A model generated the notes under the pieces. It was not told where the DNA came from and did not search any database. It saw nothing but the letters and a program-made list of their open reading frames with translations. A DNA stretch of 64,000 nt from a virus (Duplodnaviria > Caudoviricetes): IMG/VR virus record IMGVR_UViG_3300025655_003289, positions 743 through 64,742 of that record; one strand, 5' to 3'. Shown here one piece after another: positions 1 to 8,871 of this stretch. A program made the position numbers and the translations under genes. Position 1 is the stretch's first letter; each line of letters starts with the position of its first letter.

Positions 1-289
1 CATGTAACATGCGGTAGTCAAAGTCTGCATTGTGGGCAACGAACTGCCTGTTTCTGAATAACCGCTTTAACTTCGGTGCGATATCTTTGAAGACGGGCGC
101 ATCCTTTACCATCTCGTTTGAGATACCTGTTGCCATCTGTATGAACTTAGGACTGTGGCATTCAGGATTGACTAGTGTAGAAAATACTTTGGTGATTTTT
201 TCCCCGTCTACATTATAGAGAGCTATCTCTGTGATACGGTTTTTGATTGGGCTCAGACCTGTGGTCTCTACATCGATTACTGTGTACAT
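1..289 (-). CDS. DEDDh 3'-5' exonuclease, DnaQ/Pol III epsilon-like (partial, runs off the window)
   Basis: Absent from the ORF track. Hand translation from ATG at 289: MYTVIDVETTGLSP...ITEIA...STLVNPE...TGISNEMVKDAP...FVAHNADFDYRML, giving ExoI (DxETTG) and ExoII (HNAxFD) motifs. Confidence 0.9.
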   Translation of the reverse strand, partial: MYTVIDVETTGLSPIKNRITEIALYNVDGEKITKVFSTLVNPECHSPKFIQMATGISNEMVKDAPVFKDIAPKLKRLFRNRQFVAHNADFDYRMLH

Positions 290-311
290 AACTTACTATT
301 TAATTTCAATC

Positions 312-344
312 TAATTATCAAACTTTACTCGTAGTGGATTTGCT
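312..344 (-). promoter_or_regulatory. 33-bp phage early-promoter-like repeat, copy 1
   Basis: Plus strand TAATTATCAA-acttta-CTCGTAGTGGATTTGCT, upstream of the exonuclease gene. Confidence 0.75.
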
Positions 345-490
345 TAGTCCATGACTACATTAGGCCAGGTGTATATCAACTGCATTATTGCAAGGCATAT
401 TGACATGAAGGCGAAGTATCCTAAGATTACTATTGCAACTTTGAGACCTAACTCTAACCACGCTTGGCGTGAACTTTTAAACTTAATCAT
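344..490 (-). CDS. Small membrane protein (48 aa)
   Basis: Hand translation MIKFKSSRQAWLELGLKVAIVILGYFAFMSICLAIMQLIYTWPNVVMD, with one hydrophobic segment. It fills the space between repeat copies 1 and 2. Confidence 0.7.
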   Translation of the reverse strand: MIKFKSSRQAWLELGLKVAIVILGYFAFMSICLAIMQLIYTWPNVVMD

Positions 491-515
491 ATTATTTACT
501 TTACTTGTTACAACC

Positions 516-548
516 TAATTATCAATTTGCTCTCGTAGTGGATTTGCT
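516..548 (-). promoter_or_regulatory. 33-bp early-promoter-like repeat, copy 2
   Basis: TAATTATCAA-tttgct-CTCGTAGTGGATTTGCT. Confidence 0.75.
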
Positions 549-1018
549 TACTCGTTGAGTATCGCTTCGAGTTTGTTTATTACTTCGGTTAGGTTTCCGT
601 TTCGACACCTGACTCCGATACCTCCTGCGGCTTCCCACTTGTTGAGGTTTTCTTTGAAGTCATCTATTAAGATGCTTCTGCTGTCGGCGTAATCTTCCTT
701 GCTGTGAGAGAAGATAATCCTTGGGTTACCCTTGAGAAACTTTGCTTTCCAAAGTATCTTGCCGACTCTACTTGTAGCCTGTGGACTTGGTGTGGTCAGT
801 AGGGTTACATTCTTTTTATGTAGGTAGTCCCACAACATCGGAGCGTTTCTCTCAAACGGCATCTCAGACCAAAACTTCACGCTGTCGCATTCTTTCCAAA
901 AGGCATCCTGACCGAACGCTTTTATATATTCTTCAGGTTCTATGCCTGCTACTTCTTTGAACTTGTAGGCGAAGTTGGCTAGAACGCCATCCATATCGCA
1001 GTAAATCTTATATCTCAT
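548..1018 (-). CDS. HAD-superfamily 5'(3')-deoxyribonucleotidase-like hydrolase
   Basis: IYCDMDGVLANF (motif I), LLTT, K, and ILIDD...N...W...GG (motif IV). Confidence 0.85.
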   Translation of the reverse strand: MRYKIYCDMDGVLANFAYKFKEVAGIEPEEYIKAFGQDAFWKECDSVKFWSEMPFERNAPMLWDYLHKKNVTLLTTPSPQATSRVGKILWKAKFLKGNPRIIFSHSKEDYADSRSILIDDFKENLNKWEAAGGIGVRCRNGNLTEVINKLEAILNE

Positions 1019-1037
1019 ATTCTAACTTATTACACTT

Positions 1038-1070
1038 TAATTATCAATCCGCTCTCGTAGTGGATTTGCT
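1038..1070 (-). promoter_or_regulatory. 33-bp early-promoter-like repeat, copy 3
   Basis: TAATTATCAA-tccgct-CTCGTAGTGGATTTGCT. Confidence 0.75.
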
Positions 1071-1229
1071 TTAGTCAAACCATGCCTCTTGCACCTCCGC
1101 GAAGCTATCGCTGTTGTCTTCGTCTATCTCTCTCATGTGCGCTTCGGCTTCAGCTCTATCTCTGTATACACCTACCACTGTTTCCAATCCTTCCCAAGCT
1201 GTCCCCATAACTACTACGTAAACTTCCAT
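1071..1229 (-). CDS. Small acidic hypothetical protein (52 aa)
   Basis: Hand translation MEVYVVVMGTAWEGLETVVGVYRDRAEAEAHMREIDEDNSDSFAEVQEAWFD, between repeat copies 3 and 4. Confidence 0.75.
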   Translation of the reverse strand: MEVYVVVMGTAWEGLETVVGVYRDRAEAEAHMREIDEDNSDSFAEVQEAWFD

Positions 1230-1253
1230 AACTCTAACTTTTAACTTACACTT

Positions 1254-1286
1254 TAATTATCAACTCTCGCTCGTAGTGGATTTGCT
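1254..1286 (-). promoter_or_regulatory. 33-bp early-promoter-like repeat, copy 4
   Basis: TAATTATCAA-ctctcg-CTCGTAGTGGATTTGCT. Confidence 0.75.
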
Positions 1287-1339
1287 TTGGCTTTCTTTGC
1301 TCTCAGTGGCTTGCCTTGCCTCCCTTGCTACTTACACTA

Positions 1340-1372
1340 TAATTATCAAAATGGGCTCGTAGTGAATTTGCT
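1340..1372 (-). promoter_or_regulatory. 33-bp early-promoter-like repeat, copy 5
   Basis: TAATTATCAA-aatggg-CTCGTAGTGAATTTGCT. Confidence 0.75.
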
Positions 1373-1530
1373 CGCGCGGGATCATTAGTTAACCAGTATA
1401 AAAAGCTGAAAAACAGCGGCTTACGGGCAAAAACCTAAAAAAATCTACAAAAATATAAAAAAAACGCACCCCCCTGGGTAAAAATAAAACGTTTTTCCTA
1501 ACTGGCTGAGTATCAGTATTTTATGTGGCA

Positions 1531-1635
1531 ACCCCATACCTCTATATATCTAATAAAAGTATTTACACCCCCATACCTCCACATATCTCACAACAATATT
1601 TACCCCATACCTCTATGTATCTAACAACAATTTTT
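1531..1635. repeat. Three imperfect ~35-bp tandem repeats (core CCCCATACCTC)
   Basis: CCCCATACCTC at 1532, 1569 and 1603, each followed by YAYRTATCT and an A-rich tail. Confidence 0.85.
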
Positions 1636-1651
1636 CCCACACAAAAAAACA

Positions 1652-1694
1652 TGACAATAGGGCTATATAATATAAATATATGTAGCTATTGGCA
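1652..1694. promoter_or_regulatory. 43-bp dyad element, copy A
   Basis: TGACAATAG-N25(AT-rich)-CTATTGGCA. Confidence 0.7.
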
Positions 1695-1767
1695 GTATTT
1701 TATACATGTTGTTTTATGGTTATTTGCTTGATATTTATATTGCATGTGGTTGTGTAATAATATCATT

Positions 1768-2010
1768 ATGAGGAAACAGAAGTTAAGTCCTAAGGCGTCT
1801 AGGGATAAGGCGATTAGGGACAAGGAAATAGCTATGACCCCAAGGAGGCGTAAGATGAAGGCTGAGAATCAGAGGAAGAGGAGAGCTGCTAAGGCTAATG
1901 GGCAGAATATAGACGGTAAGGATTATGATCATAATAGCAAGAGGTTTGTATCTGTTAAAACTAATAGGAGTGGTCATGGCAAGGGAACTAAGAAGTATAA
2001 TACAAAGTAG
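1768..2010 (+). CDS. Small very basic protein, possible degenerate HNH-like motif
   Basis: Likely start at MRKQKLS (1768). K/R-rich, with GKDYDH...FVSVKTNRS. Confidence 0.65.
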   Translation: MRKQKLSPKASRDKAIRDKEIAMTPRRRKMKAENQRKRRAAKANGQNIDGKDYDHNSKRFVSVKTNRSGHGKGTKKYNTK

Positions 2011-4350
2011 ATGGCTAGGATAAACACGTATAATTTAGATCAGATAATACGTCCAGATGATTTAGTTATTGGTTCCTCTTATGAAGGGGAGGGGATTAAC
2101 GGGGCTATATACCTGACTCGTAATTATAGGTTATCCAAGCTAGCAGAGTTTTTCATTGGGTATGATTTCAATGCAGGGTTATCATTAACTACTTTAGAAG
2201 GGATAGTTGATCAGGCTGTTTTAGATATATCAAGTCTTGAAACAGACCTTACCGCTTTAACATCCAGGGTATCTGTAAATGAGTCTGACATTTCACAGAA
2301 TACAATTGATATAGCTGGGAATGCTTCAGATATAATAGCTTTAACATCGACAGTTCAAACCAATACAAATAACATCGGGGTAAATACATCTAGTATTGCT
2401 ACGATAAACACTAATATAGCTAATAGAGCAAATTGGGATACGGCTTATAACGAAGCTGTAACGGGGATAGCTGTTACCTCTAATGAGACTGGGAGTGTTA
2501 AGACAATAACTTTAACAAGGAGGAACGCTAGTGCTTTATCTGAGGATTTCACAGATATATTTGAGACTGGCTCTGGAGGTATAACTGACACAAACAATTA
2601 TGTAGATTCAGCATCGTTCAATGCTTCAACTGGGGTGTTAACTTTAGGGAGGCTTGATTTAGCAGATTTAACCGTATCGACATTTGATTCAAGGTATTAT
2701 ACGGAAGCTGAGGTGGATACCCTGCTTAATGGTAAGTCTGATACTGGACACACTCATACCACATCTGACATCACAAATTTAGAGTCATACACTGGTTTCG
2801 ATTCAAGGTATATAAACGCTACTGGAGATACGATGACTGGCCCATTATCATTTGGGGATAACGTTCAATTGAGGCTTGGTGGAACAAATGATTTTAGGCT
2901 TTATCACAACGGAACAGATAATATAATCCATTCAGATAACGGGGATTGGGTTTTCTTTGACGGGATCACAAATGTAACTAGAATATCAAGAGCTGACGGG
3001 AATATAAGTATTGGAGGTAATGCGGTATGGCATGCTGGAAATGATGGTCCTGGGACTGGATTAGATGCAGATACTGTTGACGGGAAGCAATTAGCCAATA
3101 TGATTGCTGAAAAAGATGCTTTGCCAGCAGATACATCAATGAAGAGCTCTACATTGCAAAGTGGAGTTTGCAGAATTAACACATTAACAACAGCAAGTGT
3201 CGGTGATGGATTGCAGGTTGTGGACGCTCCAGTTGGGGCAGCCGCATATGGCACTCTTGTTAATTACAAAAATAGTGCAGATACATTTTATAGGATATAT
3301 AAGAATTATCAAGGAGGAAGGATGTGGGTTTTCTCTGGGAACACATCTGGGAGTTCGCAAAGCGGTTGGTTTGAGGTATGGAACTCAGGTAATGACGGAA
3401 CGGGCACTGGACTTGACGCAGATACTGTAGATGGACTTGAAGCATCTCAATTTTTAAGGAGTGATGCAAACGATTCAACAACTGGAAGTATTACCATAAC
3501 AGCAGCTACTCCATTGACATTAAATCCTACTGGAGATGTAGGGATACAAGTAAACTCAGCTGGACCTGATGACTGGATAATACGTGGAGATTCTAATAAT
3601 GTTAACATTAGTGGTTTATTTATTAATGGATCTGAAAACGGAACACTATTATTAAGGGATTCGGCAGGTACTATTGGAGCCTGGATAAAGGGAGCTGGAG
3701 AAAGCACTCTCAATCATCAATTAACTGTTAGTGATGAAATAAGTTGCGGTTCAGTTGTTTTTTCAGCAATATCAGCCGTGGCAAATGCGAATAATTTTGA
3801 GACATTTATGCCTCAGACTAGTAGCATAATGACTCTTAGTCATACAACTGGAGCCACAAATTATCCTTCTGTAAGCGGACAGACATTGTTAGTTCGGGGG
3901 AATAGTGCGGGAAGATCATTCGCTATAGACAGACCAAACAATGGAACATTTCTATCCATGGGCACTTGGAATAGTACATCTTGGACTTGGAGTCAAATTG
4001 TGGACACTGCAAATAGCGCTGACTTTGGAAGCAATACTTTAACAGCTCAAAACTTTATACTATCATCGGATGCAAGGCTAAAAAGCAATGTTGAAGATAT
4101 TGCGCCTAGAGCAGACGTTCAATGGAGACAGTTTGAGCTTGGTGGTGATTTAAGATATGGTGTTATAGCTCAGGAGGTAGAAGAGATTTATCCAGAGTTT
4201 GTACACACCGATGAAAAGGGGTATAAGAGTGTTTCTTACACGGACATTCTTGTAGCTGAAAATGCAAAGCTAAGGAGTAGGGTTGAAGAGCTTGAGAAAG
4301 ATGTCAATATAATAAAGGAAATGTTGAAAGATGGCTTTAAGTACAGGTAA
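2011..4350 (+). CDS. Tail fibre with C-terminal intramolecular chaperone (peptidase S74-like)
   Basis: Heptad coiled coil, two WxxGNDGxGTGLDADTVDG repeats, C-terminal SDARLKSNV...GVIAQEVEEIYPEFV. Confidence 0.85.
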   Translation: MARINTYNLDQIIRPDDLVIGSSYEGEGINGAIYLTRNYRLSKLAEFFIGYDFNAGLSLTTLEGIVDQAVLDISSLETDLTALTSRVSVNESDISQNTIDIAGNASDIIALTSTVQTNTNNIGVNTSSIATINTNIANRANWDTAYNEAVTGIAVTSNETGSVKTITLTRRNASALSEDFTDIFETGSGGITDTNNYVDSASFNASTGVLTLGRLDLADLTVSTFDSRYYTEAEVDTLLNGKSDTGHTHTTSDITNLESYTGFDSRYINATGDTMTGPLSFGDNVQLRLGGTNDFRLYHNGTDNIIHSDNGDWVFFDGITNVTRISRADGNISIGGNAVWHAGNDGPGTGLDADTVDGKQLANMIAEKDALPADTSMKSSTLQSGVCRINTLTTASVGDGLQVVDAPVGAAAYGTLVNYKNSADTFYRIYKNYQGGRMWVFSGNTSGSSQSGWFEVWNSGNDGTGTGLDADTVDGLEASQFLRSDANDSTTGSITITAATPLTLNPTGDVGIQVNSAGPDDWIIRGDSNNVNISGLFINGSENGTLLLRDSAGTIGAWIKGAGESTLNHQLTVSDEISCGSVVFSAISAVANANNFETFMPQTSSIMTLSHTTGATNYPSVSGQTLLVRGNSAGRSFAIDRPNNGTFLSMGTWNSTSWTWSQIVDTANSADFGSNTLTAQNFILSSDARLKSNVEDIAPRADVQWRQFELGGDLRYGVIAQEVEEIYPEFVHTDEKGYKSVSYTDILVAENAKLRSRVEELEKDVNIIKEMLKDGFKYR

Positions 4351-4801
4351 TATATCCTTACAAGATGTTGTAACTGAAATTGGGACTACGCCAGATGGAA
4401 ATGGCGAGTATACTTTGTTTAGATCTTTTGCTGAAGCTCACACATATGGATTCGATCCTACATATAGAGGCATAATGAATTCTTTGTATAATTTCAAAGG
4501 ATATGACCATAGTATAGCTGAATCTGTTGTTGTTTCCCCGGCAACATATGATGCCCCTAATCAAAATGCAGGTTCTTTTACATTAACGATAACATCAAAT
4601 ACATCCTGGACTGTGAATACTAACGAGCCTACCTGGATAAGTTTTGATCAGGCTTCAGGTTCTTTAAACGACACGATAACTGCATCTTATGCGGATAATC
4701 CAGGAACAACTGCGCCAGCTAGATCAGGCAGGGTTACTGTCACTGGCGAGGACGGTGCTTTAGATTCTTGTTTAATAAATCAACCTGGAGGAACGCAATA
4801 A
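4331..4801 (+). CDS. Tail-associated protein with BACON-like domain
   Basis: LTITSNTSWTV...WISFDQASGS...NPG...RSGRVTVT...INQ pattern. Confidence 0.7.
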   Translation: MALSTGNISLQDVVTEIGTTPDGNGEYTLFRSFAEAHTYGFDPTYRGIMNSLYNFKGYDHSIAESVVVSPATYDAPNQNAGSFTLTITSNTSWTVNTNEPTWISFDQASGSLNDTITASYADNPGTTAPARSGRVTVTGEDGALDSCLINQPGGTQ

Positions 4802-4852
4802 TTAATACATAGGTAAGATAAGTAATAACAATAACATACAAAAAATATAGAA

Positions 4853-5116
4853 ATGAGTATAGATTTAACTAGAGCAGCATTTGGATTCTACGGAATGAAC
4901 GAGATAAGCTCAACGGCTACCGTAGGGGCTTCACTTGCTTATCATTCGCTTCAAGCTCTTGAGGACGCAACTGTTTCATATACTTCAAACGGAGTATCGG
5001 CAAACAATCAGTCTACATTTACATCGATTGTAATTCCTCAAGGGGCTATTATATTCGGCGACTTCACGGGTGTGTCTGTTTCTGCTGGGAAACTTATTGG
5101 GTATTTAAAAGGATAA
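4853..5116 (+). CDS. Small structural protein (hypothetical)
   Basis: Beta-rich 87-aa ORF (IPQGAIIFGDFTGVSVSAGKLIGY) in the tail cluster. Confidence 0.6.
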   Translation: MSIDLTRAAFGFYGMNEISSTATVGASLAYHSLQALEDATVSYTSNGVSANNQSTFTSIVIPQGAIIFGDFTGVSVSAGKLIGYLKG

Positions 5117-5117
5117 T

Positions 5118-6998
5118 ATGTTAGGGATCGGTCTTGGACTCAGCAATATAACCGGGGGGATAGGAAATATCATCTCCAGGATTCTATCTGCTTTAAAGGG
5201 TAGGGCCGAATACTTTGAAAATAAAGAGGGAACGGTTGATATTATAAAGCCTTTAAAAGAAAGAGAGCTTTTAGATAAGGCAAGTATCGTCCTTACCCCA
5301 ACTGCGTATTCTGACGGGTTTATACACACCGCAGTACCACAGTACAAGGTGCTCCCAACGGAATTAGTTACTAATTCAGATTTCAATAGTACAAGTAATT
5401 GGACGGCAAGCACAGAGGTATCGTCATTTACAGTTTCGGATGGTATAGCGACTATTCAAGGAACTGCTAATTCTTTTAATAACCGAATTAGTCAATCAAA
5501 CATACCTATTGAAGTCGGAAAGAAATACGAAATTAAAATAAGAATTAAATCTAATGATGGTGGAAGTTGGCTTTTAAGAACTTTTGATTCTGTTAACTTA
5601 TACCTTAATATTGCTTTAAGTAACAATACTGAATTTAATACATATACATATTATTATACTGCTAAGACAACGATTTTCACTATAAATTTAGCAAGTTACT
5701 ACACGTCTGGTACTGCTGATATGTCTGTTGATTTTATTTCAATAAAAGAAATACAAGAAGCAGATTTTGATTTTGTTCGAGCAACAACCGCTACACGAGT
5801 AAATGAATTAGGTTTAATAGAAGAAGTAGCAGCAGGTATTCCAAGGATAGATTATAGCTCAGGTGTTGGTCAATGGTTATTTGAGCCTGCAAGGACTAAT
5901 TTGCTTAATTATACGGAAGATTTCTCAAATGGCGTTTGGGGGGGTATTGCCAGTTTTGGCTCTTTAGCCAGCGTAACAACAAATCAATCTATTTCTCCTG
6001 ATGGTCTTCTTACTGCTGATTTAATAACCGGAACTGGTACTGTTGGCTCACAAAGCAGAAGGATGAGGGCTTCATCTGTTGTTAGTCCTATTGTGCCTAA
6101 TGCTTATTATACGTTTTCAGTATTTATTAAAAAATCAGCTACATCAATAATAACATATCATTTAGATGCTGCTGGTGCTCTCGCAGACCAACAAGCCAAA
6201 TGGGGCGTAAATAATATTTATCCAAGTCTTTCATACAATTTCGATACAGATGAGCTTACAAATAATACATTAGATGCGGTTGTTTCTAGACAAAAACTAA
6301 GTAATGGTTGGGTTAGAGTTTGTATTTCTCTAAAGGCGTTAGCTAATGGAAACAATCAAGTAATCCCGGGATGGATTGGAAAATCTGGAGATACCCATTA
6401 TGTATGGGGAGCAAGTTTTGAAGTGGCTTCTTATCCAACATCTTATATACCTAATACGGGAGCAACTGCTACTAAGACACGAAATGCAGATGTAGCAAAC
6501 AATAGCGGTAATGCAGACTTATTTAACGATAGTGAAGGCGTGCTTTACGCTGAAATAGCTGCTTTAGCGAATGATGGGACTTATAGAGAAATTACTATTT
6601 CAGACGGTACAAATTCAAATTGGATAGAATTTAGATTTCAAAACGCAAACGTAATTACTGGACAAATAAGAAAAGCATCGGTTGATTATGTTACATTAAA
6701 TTATACTACTACTAATTTATTGAATTTGCATAAAATTGCCTTTAAATATAAGGTAGATGATGTTGCTTTGTGGGTTAATGGAATTGAGGTAAGCGCAGAT
6801 GTTATTGTGCCATCTACTCAATTACCAACTGGATTAAATAAATTAAATTTTGATAGAGGTGATGGAGGTAATATATTCTACGGCAATACAAAAGAGTTAA
6901 TGTATTTCCCAGAAGCGTTAACTGATGAAGAACTTGAAACATTATCATCTTGGTCTACTTTTGAATTAATGGCAGCAGATCTAGAATACACAATATAA
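5118..6998 (+). CDS. Tail fibre / receptor-binding protein paralogue 1
   Basis: FDFVRATTATRVNELGLIE...PRIDY...LFEPARTNL, a CBM-like beta module and a LamG/ConA-like C-terminus. Confidence 0.75.
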   Translation: MLGIGLGLSNITGGIGNIISRILSALKGRAEYFENKEGTVDIIKPLKERELLDKASIVLTPTAYSDGFIHTAVPQYKVLPTELVTNSDFNSTSNWTASTEVSSFTVSDGIATIQGTANSFNNRISQSNIPIEVGKKYEIKIRIKSNDGGSWLLRTFDSVNLYLNIALSNNTEFNTYTYYYTAKTTIFTINLASYYTSGTADMSVDFISIKEIQEADFDFVRATTATRVNELGLIEEVAAGIPRIDYSSGVGQWLFEPARTNLLNYTEDFSNGVWGGIASFGSLASVTTNQSISPDGLLTADLITGTGTVGSQSRRMRASSVVSPIVPNAYYTFSVFIKKSATSIITYHLDAAGALADQQAKWGVNNIYPSLSYNFDTDELTNNTLDAVVSRQKLSNGWVRVCISLKALANGNNQVIPGWIGKSGDTHYVWGASFEVASYPTSYIPNTGATATKTRNADVANNSGNADLFNDSEGVLYAEIAALANDGTYREITISDGTNSNWIEFRFQNANVITGQIRKASVDYVTLNYTTTNLLNLHKIAFKYKVDDVALWVNGIEVSADVIVPSTQLPTGLNKLNFDRGDGGNIFYGNTKELMYFPEALTDEELETLSSWSTFELMAADLEYTI

Positions 6999-7000
6999 TT

Positions 7001-8248
7001 ATGGCAAACGAAACATTTAAACTAGGGGCAACAAAATGGGCTTACAAAGAAGGGAGTTTGCTTGCGTATAATGATGTAAACAATAACTTTAAGCCTTTAC
7101 CTTTTACTTTTACCCGTGCATCTACTGCGACACGAGTAAACGAAAATGGTTTAATAGAAGTAGTTAAAAGTGGTATACCAAGGATTGATTATACAGATAA
7201 TCCAAGCGGTCATTTGTTGCTTGAGCCTGCAAGGACTAATTTAGTTACTTATAGTGAGGATTTTTCGAATGCTGCTTGGACTAAATCAGCAAGTATATCT
7301 TTAACGCCTTTACAATCATCACCTGATGGTGATACAAACGCTTATAAAATAACTGCGACATCGCCAAGTAATACTCATTCTATAAATTTTAATTATAATA
7401 TTTCGTCAACTGGCGATTATACTGCTTCTTTATTTTTAAAATATTCAGATGCTCAATGGATTCAAATTTATTATGGGTCAACTGCATTTTTAGGTGGACA
7501 CGCTAATTTTGATGTTCAAAACGGAGCAATAGGAACTGTGGCATCTGGAGTTATCGCAAAAATAGAGCCTTATTCAAATGGTTGGTATAAGTGTTCAATA
7601 ACAAAAGAAGCGACATCTACTGGAAGCACATCAACTTGCGCATCAATACCAGTTTCATCTGGAACTGCGAATAGATTTGGAAGTGAAGTTTCTGGTTCTT
7701 ATTATATGTATGGCGCACAACTTGAAGCAGGCTCATACGCTACATCCTACATACCAACAAACGGTACAACAGTAACAAGAGCAGCAGAAACTTGTACTGG
7801 CGCAGGTAATGCTCAAGTATTTAATGATAGTGAAGGAGTTTTGTTTGCGAATGTTGCTGCGTTGGCTAATGATGGGACAACAAAAGATATAAAATTGCTT
7901 TCAGTAGCGGCTAACTTTGTGGCTTTAAGATTTACAAGTTCTACAAATCAACTTCAAAATTATATTTTTGATGGAGCAATAGCATATTCGCAATTCACGA
8001 CAGCTGATGATTTAACTGCGTTTAACAAAATAGCCTTAAAATATAAAGCTTCAGATTTTGCCACATTTTTAAATGGGAATAAATCATCATCGAGTTCTTC
8101 TGGAGATGGCAATATTTCATCTTTAAGTTTAACATCTTTAAATTTTGATTCTGGAGCAGGGGGAAATTATTTCTACGGCAAAATAAAACAAATAGGCGTT
8201 TACGATACTGCGCTAACAGACGAAGAATTAGAAACATTAACTACATAA
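7001..8248 (+). CDS. Tail fibre / receptor-binding protein paralogue 2
   Basis: Same FTRASTATRVNENGLIE...PRIDY...LLEPARTNL...ALTDEELETLT architecture. Confidence 0.75.
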   Translation: MANETFKLGATKWAYKEGSLLAYNDVNNNFKPLPFTFTRASTATRVNENGLIEVVKSGIPRIDYTDNPSGHLLLEPARTNLVTYSEDFSNAAWTKSASISLTPLQSSPDGDTNAYKITATSPSNTHSINFNYNISSTGDYTASLFLKYSDAQWIQIYYGSTAFLGGHANFDVQNGAIGTVASGVIAKIEPYSNGWYKCSITKEATSTGSTSTCASIPVSSGTANRFGSEVSGSYYMYGAQLEAGSYATSYIPTNGTTVTRAAETCTGAGNAQVFNDSEGVLFANVAALANDGTTKDIKLLSVAANFVALRFTSSTNQLQNYIFDGAIAYSQFTTADDLTAFNKIALKYKASDFATFLNGNKSSSSSSGDGNISSLSLTSLNFDSGAGGNYFYGKIKQIGVYDTALTDEELETLTT

Positions 8249-8252
8249 TAAA

Positions 8253-8615
8253 ATGGCAAACGAAATATTTAAAAAATATGAATTTGATTCAGAATTAGAA
8301 GCTGAAGCAATAATCGCAGGGTTACCGCACGCAACAGACGAAGAAGGTAATACCTATCCAACGCATAAGCATTCAGTTGTTAGACTTGGTTATTTATGGA
8401 CTACCGAACCAACATTCGATGAAGAAGGCAACGTAGTAACCGAAGGTGTTCAATCGGATAAGTATTCTGTTGATGTTCTTTGGGATGGCGATTCTTTGTT
8501 AGTCGATGAAGAAATAGTTTATCCTAACGGATGGGTAGATGCTGAGATTCAATACGACCCGTCTTGGCAATCAAAAAACGGAGCCCACACATTCGCAGGA
8601 TGGTCTTTTAACTAA
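8253..8615 (+). CDS. Acidic partner/chaperone of the tail fibre (paralogue of 11001..11363)
   Basis: FKKYEF...HKHSVVRLG...DEEGN...YSVDVLWDG shared with 11001..11363. Confidence 0.6.
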   Translation: MANEIFKKYEFDSELEAEAIIAGLPHATDEEGNTYPTHKHSVVRLGYLWTTEPTFDEEGNVVTEGVQSDKYSVDVLWDGDSLLVDEEIVYPNGWVDAEIQYDPSWQSKNGAHTFAGWSFN

Positions 8616-8630
8616 TAAAAAACATATATC

Positions 8631-8810
8631 ATGCCATTAATAAGGAAAAGAAGATCGAAATCATCAATTGGAGCTCTAGTAGCAACATCTGCAATATTTA
8701 AAGATGCAGGTAGCTTTATAACTCGAGTTGAAGCTGATGGTGGTTATGTAGAGGCGGCCGCTTGCTTAGGCCTTGCAATTCTTTCATTACCTCCTGCGGC
8801 AACCCCGTAA
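8631..8810 (+). CDS. Small tail-associated protein (59 aa)
   Basis: Hand translation MPLIRKRRSK...FITRVEADGGYVEAAACLGLAILSLPPAATP. Confidence 0.55.
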   Translation: MPLIRKRRSKSSIGALVATSAIFKDAGSFITRVEADGGYVEAAACLGLAILSLPPAATP

Positions 8811-8871
8811 TTTTACATGATCATTATTCACAACAAGATTTTCGATCCATTAATGAAGTAAATAGTTTAAG

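Noticed and set aside
30-218. Plus-strand 62-aa ORF and the many other antisense or nested ORFs in the track
   Set aside because: They are shadows of well-supported genes on the opposite strand (here the DnaQ-like exonuclease).
312-1372. Repeat cluster as a CRISPR array
   Set aside because: Spacing is irregular (53-490 bp), the spacers are whole genes, the repeats have a variable 6-bp core, and there are no cas genes.
1750-4830. GTAATAA-like late promoter motif (about 1754 and 4822, and similar elsewhere)
   Set aside because: Too short and AT-rich to support by eye, and it often coincides with stop codons. It needs motif statistics or TSS data.
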